A DNA stretch of 36,014 nucleotides, taken from assembly GCA_964434715.1 (NCBI GenBank), contig CAYSWC010000001.1:101037-137050 (forward strand), given 5' to 3'. Each line of letters opens with the position of its first letter. Positions within the stretch are counted from its first letter, which is position 1. A program made the position numbers and the translations under genes. Below the pieces are notes generated by a model. It was not told the origin of the DNA. It did not search any database and worked only from the letters and a program-made list of their open reading frames with translations. Shown here piece after piece: positions 25,046 through 33,400 of this stretch. Source of the stretch: an uncultured Candidatus Saccharibacteria bacterium (lineage in GTDB: Bacteria; Patescibacteriota; Minisyncoccia; UBA6257; 1-14-0-10-40-38).

Positions 25046-26121
25046 GATTGTTTTAGCTTTTGTAAATAATCATCTAAAGTTGGCCAATATCTAAAAAAGG
25101 CATTCTGTTCTTTAATTATTTTTTCTCTGGCGATTTTGTTGACAATTAAATCTTCTAAAACTTCGGTTAGGACTTTTATGTTTCCGACTGGAATTACTTT
25201 CCCGATAGCTACTCCCACATCAGTCATTACTACTGGCAGGTCGGCGGCTGCCGCCTCTACCGCCGTGAGTCCATAACCTTCGTAATTAGAGGTGAGTAGC
25301 AATAAATCAGCGGTTTTGTAATAAGAAATCAAATCACTGCTCCAAGGCTCAAATTTTACACTATTCTGAAGTTCTAAGTTGTAAGTTGTAAGTTGTAAGT
25401 TTTTTATTTCCGGCCCATCTCCTACAATCAGTAATAAAGGATTTTTGATATTTGATATCGCTTCTATCACCATTCCAATATTTTTCTCGCGTGTCAAACG
25501 CGAAGCCATCAAAATGATAAAATCATGATTTGGATATTTTTTATGAAGATCTGTCTTGACGGGGGTGTTTTTGATTTTTTGAACATCAACAAAAATGGGA
25601 AGAATTGTAATTTTTGATCTTTGATCCCTGATCTTTGATCGCAAAGAGTCAGCGATTCTTTGCGAGACGACGCGGATGCCGTCGGCTTTGGGAATAAGCC
25701 ATTTGGCTAGAAGTACGCGCAGTTTATTTTTAATTGACTCGCGCCAAAAATACGGGCTTAAAAAATCAGTGTGAATCTGGATTTGAAGCGGTAGCTGAAA
25801 CTTGCGCTTAAGCAAATAACCGACCAAGCCGGTTTCGAAAGGGTCCTGGGCAGTAATAACTGACAACTTACGACTAACGACTAACGGCTTGCTAATTTTA
25901 TAGGCGTCCCGAAAATAAAAAAATTTGAATTTGCTGTTGGTAGGATAAATAAAAACATTATCCGTCAAAGTTGTTGGTTGTGAGTTGTTGGTTGTGAGTT
26001 TGTTTGTGTAAACAATAATATGCAACTCATCTGCTATGGTGCCGTAGTCTTTCATCCGTTCGCGCGCGGCCGAGTCGGTTTTAAAAATATTTTGATCGGT
26101 TGATAGCATTAAAACTCTCAT
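25012..26121 (-). CDS. GT4-family glycosyltransferase carrying four in-frame heptamer-repeat patches
   Basis: 369 aa. Motifs are ILMASRLTREKN, IVGDGPE and SNYEGYGLTAVEAAAADLPVVMTDVG. Its 3' end overlaps the next gene by 34 nt. Confidence 0.85.
   Translation of the reverse strand: MRVLMLSTDQNIFKTDSAARERMKDYGTIADELHIIVYTNKLTTNNSQPTTLTDNVFIYPTNSKFKFFYFRDAYKISKPLVVSRKLSVITAQDPFETGLVGYLLKRKFQLPLQIQIHTDFLSPYFWRESIKNKLRVLLAKWLIPKADGIRVVSQRIADSLRSKIRDQRSKITILPIFVDVQKIKNTPVKTDLHKKYPNHDFIILMASRLTREKNIGMVIEAISNIKNPLLLIVGDGPEIKNLQLTTYNLELQNSVKFEPWSSDLISYYKTADLLLLTSNYEGYGLTAVEAAAADLPVVMTDVGVAIGKVIPVGNIKVLTEVLEDLIVNKIAREKIIKEQNAFFRYWPTLDDYLQKLKQSWQNCCLSPKR
25367..25401. repeat. Heptanucleotide tandem repeat (NNaagtt x5; the last three units are perfect gtaagtt)
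   Basis: The sequence reads tgaagtt ctaagtt gtaagtt gtaagtt gtaagtt. It is in frame in GT4 25012-26121 (peptide NLQLTTYNLELQN). Confidence 0.85.
25614..25641. repeat. Heptanucleotide tandem repeat (ttgatcN x4, imperfect)
   Basis: The sequence reads ttgatct ttgatcc ctgatct ttgatcg. It is in frame (peptide RSKIRDQRSKI). Confidence 0.8.
25857..25891. repeat. Heptanucleotide-periodic repeat (core cgactaa x2 perfect)
   Basis: The sequence reads taactga caactta cgactaa cgactaa cggcttg. It is in frame (peptide KPLVVSRKLSV). Confidence 0.7.
25970..26008. repeat. 14-nt (2 x 7) tandem repeat gttgttggttgtga x2 plus a degenerate tail
   Basis: 25970-25983 and 25984-25997 are identical and are followed by gtttgtttgtg. 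It is in frame (peptide TNKLTTNNSQPTTL). Confidence 0.85.
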
Positions 26122-28427
26122 AAGATATTCTCGCTAAACAAATCGACTAATTGATTCGTAGTTTTTTCTATAGAAAATTCTTTAGCTCTAGCTTGGGCGT
26201 TTATAGAAAGCTTTTCTCTAAATTTTTGGTCGGAAGTAATTTTATTCACTGCCTTCAAAAACTCTTCTTTGTTGTCCGGCTCGATTAAAACGCCGTCTCT
26301 GTTATTGACGATTATTTCTGAAAGATTGCCTATACGCGTGGCAATCACAGGCATGCCGGCATTCATAGCCTCCACCACTTGGAAGGAGAAGCTTTCAAAA
26401 GATGTATTCAGGACAAAGATAGCGGCGTTTTTTAAATATTCCAAAAGCTCTCCTCGGGGAACTGCACCGACTAATTTAATTCGATCATTAACTCTTAACT
26501 TTTCACTTTTAACTTTTAACTTCTCTCTTTCCGGCCCGTCGCCAATTATCACCAAATGCCAGTCGGGCAAATCAACCATAAACTCTATAAGCTTATCAAA
26601 ACCTTTCCATGGCACTAGACGACCAGCAGAAACAATTCTTTTAACATCTGGCTGGGGTTTCCATTGAATATATCCGCCATAACCACCTATATTTAAATCT
26701 ACGCCGTTATAAACTGCCTTTACTTTTTCTGGTTTTCTCACCCACCCCCCCACTAACTTCTTAAAATAATGACTCGGTGTAATTATCAGCCGAGCTTGGT
26801 TTGCCACCCCACGCTGAATAAATCTTAAAAGCTCCGTTTTAGGGCCGTATTTTTTACTTTGAAAATCGTCAATTGGATCTTTAACACCAAATCTTTGGGC
26901 GGCCTGCTCCCAAGCGTAATCGCCGGCAATACGAATAAGAAATGGTTTCCCGGCTGTTTTGGCGGCCAGCATAGCAGGCAAACCTACACTCACGGGATCC
27001 TGCGCATAAACTAGATCGCTGCGGAAAGCCAAATACAATGCTTTGAAAAAGTAAACCAGGTGCCTTAGGCCTTTGGGCCAGATTTTCACCGCTCGGAACG
27101 GTAAAACCGAAACCAGAAATCCCCGTCTGACTAATTCGGTTTCGACAAGATGCGTGTAAGTAGCCGGCCCGCCGACTTCAGGAGGATACAGTCCGGTGGC
27201 AATCAAAATTCGGACTAATGGCTTATGACTAATAACTAATGACTTAAAAACTTTTCCCATTCTTTGAGCGACGCTGTCCCAAGAGTAATTTTCCAAGACC
27301 AGTTTTCTGCCGTTTTCTCCAAGCTTTTTCCTAAGGCCATCATTTTCCATAAGCGAAGAAATTTTATCGGCAAGATCTTTAGAGTCGTCAGCCATCGCAA
27401 AAAGTCCGGTTGTGCCATCTCTTAAAAAATCAGATATACCGCCTACGGCCGTACCAATAACAGGGAGTCCGGCGACCATTGCCTCTAGAAACGAACTGCC
27501 CAAGCCCTCGGAGCGCGAAGGCCGGACAAAAATATCGGCTTGAGATAAATATGCCGGGATCTTATCAGCCGGCACCTGTCCAAGAAATTCAATTCTGTCT
27601 TCAACTCTCAAATCTTTTACTAATTGTTTGAGTTTTTGTTCTTCGGGACCGCCGCCTACAATCAGAAGTTGGAAGTCAGAGGTCGGAGGTTGGATTTTCT
27701 TTAATTCCGCTACGGCTTGAATTAAAATATCAACGCCGTTTTTGTAAACCAATCTTGAGGTCGTAATAATAATTGCTTCTTGTTTATTTTTTTCGTATTT
27801 TCGCCCGCCTCGCCTCGACGAGCTTGACGAGTCGAGGCTTAGTACTTTTTCGTATTTCGTAGTATCAACTCCATTAGGCACCACTTCAATCGGGCACCTC
27901 GCGCCATGCCGTCTCGCAAAATCAGCCAAATAATTGCTAATCGTCTGAATATAATCGGCTTTCCGGAAAATCAGGCGCCAGAAAGGATAAAAAAGTCCGA
28001 CTCGATCCAAAATAAATTCTTCCGAATCCCCTTCTTGTAAAGTGAGGAGCAACGGAACTTTAGGGTGCCGCAGTTTAAATAAGAGAGCCGTGAGCCCGCC
28101 GTAGGCGGCCATTACCGCCCAAATAGCACTAAAGGGGGTTTGTCTATGAATTTTTTCCGCTTTTCTCCAAGCCCGGAAAATATAAAAAAACTTAGTCAAA
28201 CCTTGTCCGTAAAAATCGCCGCTCTTGCCTCGCCCAAGACGGAAGATGCTTAAATTTTCATCAACCTCTTCAAAATCAGACCACCGAGAATGAAATTTAT
28301 GAGTAAAGACTGAAAATCGGTAGTTTGGCAGCCTTTTGATTATCTCACGGAGCGCAATCTCGGCTCCGCCTTCAAAAGGACTATAAGCTAAAGTAAAAAC
28401 GCCGATTTGGGGAACTTTTTCGGTCAT
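26118..28427 (-). CDS. Fusion of two complete GT4 glycosyltransferase modules
   Basis: 769 aa. Module 1 has SRSEGLGSSFLEAMVAGLPVIGTAVGG. Module 2 starts at VRILIATGLYPPEVGGPATY, a typical GT4 N-terminus, and has TSFESFSFQVVEAMNAGMPVIATRIG. The junction lies at about residues 394-405. Confidence 0.85.
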   Translation of the reverse strand: MTEKVPQIGVFTLAYSPFEGGAEIALREIIKRLPNYRFSVFTHKFHSRWSDFEEVDENLSIFRLGRGKSGDFYGQGLTKFFYIFRAWRKAEKIHRQTPFSAIWAVMAAYGGLTALLFKLRHPKVPLLLTLQEGDSEEFILDRVGLFYPFWRLIFRKADYIQTISNYLADFARRHGARCPIEVVPNGVDTTKYEKVLSLDSSSSSRRGGRKYEKNKQEAIIITTSRLVYKNGVDILIQAVAELKKIQPPTSDFQLLIVGGGPEEQKLKQLVKDLRVEDRIEFLGQVPADKIPAYLSQADIFVRPSRSEGLGSSFLEAMVAGLPVIGTAVGGISDFLRDGTTGLFAMADDSKDLADKISSLMENDGLRKKLGENGRKLVLENYSWDSVAQRMGKVFKSLVISHKPLVRILIATGLYPPEVGGPATYTHLVETELVRRGFLVSVLPFRAVKIWPKGLRHLVYFFKALYLAFRSDLVYAQDPVSVGLPAMLAAKTAGKPFLIRIAGDYAWEQAAQRFGVKDPIDDFQSKKYGPKTELLRFIQRGVANQARLIITPSHYFKKLVGGWVRKPEKVKAVYNGVDLNIGGYGGYIQWKPQPDVKRIVSAGRLVPWKGFDKLIEFMVDLPDWHLVIIGDGPEREKLKVKSEKLRVNDRIKLVGAVPRGELLEYLKNAAIFVLNTSFESFSFQVVEAMNAGMPVIATRIGNLSEIIVNNRDGVLIEPDNKEEFLKAVNKITSDQKFREKLSINAQARAKEFSIEKTTNQLVDLFSENIL
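26494..26528. repeat. Heptanucleotide tandem repeat (tttaact-like x5)
   Basis: The sequence reads cttaact tttcact tttaact tttaact tctctct. It is in frame in module 2 of the fused GT4 (peptide EKLKVKSEKLRV). Confidence 0.8.
27213..27247. repeat. Heptanucleotide tandem repeat (gactaat-like x5) forming the linker between the two fused GT4 modules
   Basis: The sequence reads gactaat ggcttat gactaat aactaat gacttaa. It encodes KSLVISHKPLV at the module junction. Confidence 0.8.
27664..27698. repeat. Heptanucleotide-periodic repeat (agaagtt ggaagtc agaggtc ggaggtt ggatttt)
   Basis: It is in frame (peptide QPPTSDFQLL). It shares the 12-mer aagtcagaggtc (27673-27684) with 28803-28814 on the same DNA strand, although the host genes are on opposite strands. 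Confidence 0.8.
27789..27857. repeat. 57-nt in-frame insertion-like unit: 12-nt direct repeats flanking a 45-nt GC-rich hairpin segment
   Basis: tttttcgtattt occurs at 27789-27800 and again at 27846-27857. The intervening 45 nt have 29 G+C and contain the 8-bp inverted repeat gcctcgac (27812-27819) / gtcgaggc (27831-27838). The protein reads KYEK-VLSLDSSSSSRRGGR-KYEK. Confidence 0.75.
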
Positions 28428-28446
28428 AGGATAGTTTTTATTCTAA

Positions 28447-29610
28447 ATGTCCAAAGCAAAGAAAAAAATATTATTTGTTATCACTCAAGGCAACTGGGGC
28501 GGAGCCCAGCGTTATGTTTTTGATCTCGCAACCAACTTAAACCAAGAGAAATTTGAGACTCAGGTGGCTTTCGGAAAAGCTCACCGAGGTGAGTTAATCG
28601 CTAGACTTGAAACGTTGGGAAAACCAGTCTATTCGCTTAAATATCTCAACCGTTCTTGGAATCCTTTTACCAACTGCCTCTTTATTGTGGAACTTTACCG
28701 GCTGATTAAAAAGTTATCACCGGATATTGTGCATTTCAATAGCACCAATGCCGGCGTCTTCGGCCCTTTAGCCGTTAAAATATATAATTTGTCAAAGGTC
28801 AAAAGTCAGAGGTCAAAAGTAGTCTATACCGCCCATGGCTTCGCCTTTAACGAGCCGGGCTGGCGGCGCCGAGCCGTTTTTATCTTAGCGGAGAAATTAG
28901 GAAGTTTTTTCCGGGATTTAACCATTTGCGTTTCCCAATTCGATCATGATTCAGCCCTCCGCCGCGGCATTGAGTATTCGAATAAGATGGCGATTGTTTA
29001 CAACGGCATTGATGCAAATAATTTTAAGACTTTACCGCGGGCCGAAGCACGCAAACTTTTCCCGTTAGTACCGGAAAACGCGCTGCTCATTGGTGTTATT
29101 AGCCAATTCTATAAAAATAAAGGTTTGCAATATCTTATCGAAGCAGCTCGCCCAATTGTAGAAACTCGCCCCAATGTTTTTTTCGCCATTATGGGCGGCG
29201 GTCCGGAACAAAAAAATCTGGAATTAAAAATTAAGAATTATGGACTGACAAATAAATTTTTTGTTCTGCCCTATCAGGAAAACGGCCGCAAGTATTTGAG
29301 CGCTTTTGATATTATTGCCGCGCCGTCAGTCAAAGAGGGTCTCCCCTATTTTTTGCTGGAGGCGGCTTTGGCTAAAAAAGCGATTGTGAGCACGACTGCT
29401 GGCGGCATTCCGGAAATCGTAAGGCACGGAGAAACCGGTCTTATTGTTGAACCGCATAAACCGCTCGCCTTAGCGGAAGCTTCAGAAAAATTCTTAAGCT
29501 CGGCAGCTTTAAGGAAAACCTTGGGAGAAAATGCTTATAACTTCGTGAGTCAGAATTTTCTGCTTGCTAAGATGATTGATGCAACGGCAAAACTTTATCG
29601 AGAAATCTAG
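28447..29610 (+). CDS. GT4-family glycosyltransferase
   Basis: 387 aa. Motifs are KILFVITQGNWGGAQRY, GVISQFYKNKG and PSVKEGLPYFLLEAALAKKAIVSTTAGGIPE. Confidence 0.85.
   Translation: MSKAKKKILFVITQGNWGGAQRYVFDLATNLNQEKFETQVAFGKAHRGELIARLETLGKPVYSLKYLNRSWNPFTNCLFIVELYRLIKKLSPDIVHFNSTNAGVFGPLAVKIYNLSKVKSQRSKVVYTAHGFAFNEPGWRRRAVFILAEKLGSFFRDLTICVSQFDHDSALRRGIEYSNKMAIVYNGIDANNFKTLPRAEARKLFPLVPENALLIGVISQFYKNKGLQYLIEAARPIVETRPNVFFAIMGGGPEQKNLELKIKNYGLTNKFFVLPYQENGRKYLSAFDIIAAPSVKEGLPYFLLEAALAKKAIVSTTAGGIPEIVRHGETGLIVEPHKPLALAEASEKFLSSAALRKTLGENAYNFVSQNFLLAKMIDATAKLYREI
28791..28825. repeat. Heptanucleotide tandem repeat (gtcaRaR x4 plus a degenerate unit)
   Basis: The sequence reads gtcaaag gtcaaaa gtcagag gtcaaaa gtagtct. 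It is in frame in the plus-strand GT4 (peptide SKVKSQRSKVV). Confidence 0.85.
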
Positions 29611-30254
29611 GGGTTAGCCCCTAGGCGTTCCAGTTCTACCTTGACCGCCTGATCGCTGGGATCAATTGCTAAAATTTTTCGGTAAGATTGGATGGCTTTT
29701 TCTTTAAATCCGAAATCCCGGTAGAAATTGGCAGTGGTATGATAAGAGCCGGAGAAATTAGAGATGTCTCTTTGGGTCGCGGCTAAAAAGTTCTCCTCGG
29801 CTAGGCGCAGATCTCTTAAATAGTAAGCATAGAGATTGCCCAAATTAAGATAGGTTTTGGGTTGATTTGGTTCTATCAACTTGGCATACTCCCAAGCATC
29901 GCGGGCGCCGATATAATTATTGAAAAACTTTTTATGGATGCCGACCGCAATCCAGCCGTCATAATCAATGGGATTTACGGCAAGCGTGGCGGCTAATTCA
30001 GCCAGGAATCCTTTTTGGCGCCCGACCGCCTCTTCGGGCAGCTCACTAATGATTGGGTCAGTGCCGATAATTGGAATTGCCTCACCGGCATAAGGCGGCA
30101 CATTGACGTTGGGAGTATTAACCCCCAACGGTTCTCCCACGGGGGTAAACGGAGACTCGCTGGGTCTTGGCGGGGTAAAAGTTTTAATAATTATCACTAA
30201 TAGTAGAATCGCTAAACCGCCAATTAAAATGTAGATCCATAATGATTTTTTCAT
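29607..30254 (-). CDS. Membrane-anchored TPR-repeat protein
   Basis: The ORF-track start at 30272 is a TTG. I use the ATG at 30254 (MKKSLWIYILIGGLAILLLVIII, an N-terminal TM anchor). TPR-like repeats follow (AWEYAKLIEPNQPKTYLNLGNLYAY..., AIQSYRKILAIDPSDQ). Its stop shares the palindrome CTAG with the convergent GT4 gene. Confidence 0.72.
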   Translation of the reverse strand: MKKSLWIYILIGGLAILLLVIIIKTFTPPRPSESPFTPVGEPLGVNTPNVNVPPYAGEAIPIIGTDPIISELPEEAVGRQKGFLAELAATLAVNPIDYDGWIAVGIHKKFFNNYIGARDAWEYAKLIEPNQPKTYLNLGNLYAYYLRDLRLAEENFLAATQRDISNFSGSYHTTANFYRDFGFKEKAIQSYRKILAIDPSDQAVKVELERLGANP

Positions 30255-30372
30255 AATTATCAAGCATAGCAACTTAGATTCTAAAAAGCAACAGTAATAA
30301 AAGATGATTCTCGGCCCTGCTCGAACAGTATTATTCTCCGAGCGAGCGGAGCGAGTCGAGGAGTTACATTAA

Positions 30373-30413
30373 AAAACAATCCGCCCCGACTTAAAGTCGG
30401 GGCGGATTGTTTT
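30373..30413 (-). terminator. Rho-independent terminator of the large surface-protein gene (partly bidirectional)
   Basis: A perfect 18-bp stem (30373-30390 pairs with 30396-30413; core ccgccccgac/gtcggggcgg) has a 5-nt loop. On the minus strand it runs into a 6-T tract, 48 nt downstream of the stop at 30461. Confidence 0.8.
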
Positions 30414-30460
30414 AACTAGCTTGGTCTCAAGCTGTCCGAAGTGCTTCGGACAATACCAAA

Positions 30461-33400
30461 CTAGAGTCCCAGTGTTTCAGCAGCGGTAAAACTGGTCGGC
30501 AATCCTGGAACCAAGAAGCCGTTTAGCCAGCTGTGAGAAAACACACTTTGAGTGCTGTTGGTGGCATTATCAGACCAGACAAAGTCGCCTTCATAGTTGA
30601 GATTGGTGGTAGTGCCAACAGAAGCAGACACCAGAGCGGCTTCGGCGGTGAAGAAACTACTTCCAGAATCAACGCCGCCTGCCGGGGTAACGGCATAGTC
30701 GCAGTTGCTAACCGTGAGGTCCGAGTTAGTATCAAGACACGAAACCCCTATCCAAGCAGCATCGCCATGCAGTTTGGTCGAGATATTGGGCGTGCTCGAA
30801 GCGCCAGTTACATTGCCTTTGAGCTCGAAGTAGCGAGTGTCGCCAGCCGAGACTCTAATGGCCTCTGGGGTGGCGCCGCTTGTAGCAGTCGGGTTAAAGA
30901 ACACGTCGAAATCCGAATCAGCGTCTGTACCGTTAGCCCCGTCGCTGAAATCGACATTGGCGGCTGCCCCATCAGCAACCAGGAGTCCGAATTGGTTCAA
31001 CTGTCCGGTCGAACTTCCACATGAGCCAAGGCTGAAACTAGCGTCAGAGTAACAGAAGACCCTAAGGCTGGTAACTAGAAATGTCGCACCCTTATCGTTG
31101 CCTGCTTCGCCGTAGTCAGTGACTGATGTGGTGGTGGTAGCGAGGGTAAAGTGGAATTTGTACAAGCTCACGCCGTTCGTGCCAGCCGGCGACTCAACCT
31201 TGAAGCGGAAAAGAATCTGGTCAGAGGTGTTGGTAAACTTGCCAGAGGTGCTAATTTTGGTAAGCGTGGGAATGGCTCTCAAGATTCTCGCGCCGTTTGA
31301 AGCGGTGTCGTTTTCGGTAGCAGTGTCGTCAGTACCGGGGTAAATCGTGGTACCGCTTGATTGACCAACTCCTTTAGCGCCTTGTTCACCTTCTCTCACG
31401 TCATCATCAGGCAGATCGCCCCAACCAGCATCCCAGTCAACACTTATTAAGTGACCTGGAATAGCTTGCGAAAGGGAGACGTTAACCGACGAGAGATCGC
31501 CTTTGATAGTCAAAAGTTTCTGACCATCAGCTGGAATAACAAAGTTGGCCAAGGTGGCAGTAGCGTAATCGCCAGTAAAGACCACCTCACCGACTTTAGT
31601 CGCACCATCCCAAAGCGTTACCTTGACTAGATCTGATGGCGAGTTCGAAGCGTTGGCATTGGGCTCTGCGCCAGCGGCTGAAGAAGTAGCAAGCTGTAAG
31701 CCCAGAAGATCAATCCGGATGTCTTCGTAGAGCGAATTGAACCTTAAGACTGATAAGGTTTGATCTGTAGTTCCCGCTTGAGCCAGCTTCAAGGACGGAC
31801 TCGCGGAATCAAGAGCAATGGCAAGCGTGCCAGCGCTCTGTACCACGATGGTACGGCCGGAATTAGTGGTTGTGGTTTCAGCTACTGCCGTACCAGAGGT
31901 TACTCCGGTTACCACAATCTGGTTGGCAGCGGTCGAGAGACCCGCCGAACCCCAGCCAGCTCGTGTAACTGTACCGCCGGCAATAACATTGCACTTTAAG
32001 GCCAAAGTCTTGACAGTGCCTTTGGGAATGATAAGCCCGGTATCAAAGGTAAAGGTGTAATCCTGACCAGCTGCTTGGCTATTGGTTGGGTTAACCACAT
32101 TGGTGCCGCTATTAAGGGCGGTGTTCCCATCCCAGAGACTACAATTGGTGAGATCGTCAGATGCATTGCCGGGCTGTGACGTTATCAGATCAAGCTGTAT
32201 GGAGGTTGCTCTAAGATCTTCGCCTGATTCACTGGCATCCAAAACATACTTGGCAAAGGTAACGGCGTTAGAACCGGCTACCACGTTTAGGTCAGGACTG
32301 GATGAAGCAGTATCGGTTGAGAGGGCAAAGGTTAGAGCGCCAGTCTTAACCGTCATGGTGCTCATAGTTATCGTGCCGCCACTTGGGGTGACGGTTTGAG
32401 ACGATTCAACGCCTCTAACGGTTGTCCAGTCAGAGGAAGGTGTAGTTGAAGCCGCTACCAGGTCGTTCTGTGAGAAGTCAGTGCCTAACTTGCCTTTTAA
32501 GACATAAGTGTTGCGGCCAACCGGGAGGGTGACGGTGTCGGTAAGCCTGACGGCGTTATTGCCGCCGGCTACGCCGTCAACCGGGCCAGCTACCACTGTG
32601 CCATCGCTTTGTCTCACTAGTTTTATGTTGGTGATGTCGTTGGTGTCAATGGAACTGCCAGTACCGGCAGCTTCGGTTAAGGAGACGTCAAAGTTCATGG
32701 CTGCTACGCTGATGGACTCGCCTTTGACATCGGCGGTAAAGCCGCCTAATACCTGATCACCCAGGTTTTCGGCAATATTTTGAGCGCCAACAGACGTGGC
32801 TTTTTCAACTGTGACTGAACCGGCGCCGATGGTAACTTCATAAGCATCGAAGTTAGGATTGGCGCTTCCTAAACTGCCATCGTCATCGGTAGCAGTATGA
32901 CTGCCGCTAACCCCGCCTGGCAAAATAGCGTAACCATAGGTCTTGCCGACAAGTTTGACATCGGCGCCGCGATACAGATCAAAGTCAATGCCGCGGTTAG
33001 AACCGCTGACAACATCGCCTTTAATATAAACCTCGCTATTTTCGCCTTTAAGGATTGTTATGCCGCTCCCAAAAGTAGCCCGAAAGTATTTACCGTCATC
33101 GCTTACAGTGGCATCAAAGGATGGGTCGCTGCCACTCCCGGCGGTTCCAACATATATCTTAATATTGCTTAGATCGGAAGAGGCTGCTGAACCTGATTGA
33201 TTCCAACGAATGGATTGTAAAGAAATATCCTCGTTAGCGCCGGCAATAAGCTTCAAGCTCGAGAAGGTATAGCCGGTTGTTCCGATTTCTTTAGTAATGT
33301 TGGTGCCTGGATCAAGAGATCCTCGTTCAAGAGTCAAAGTGCCGATTGCCAAAGTCGAGTTAACGGTATGCGCCGTTCCGGTTAAGGGAAAACTCGCATT

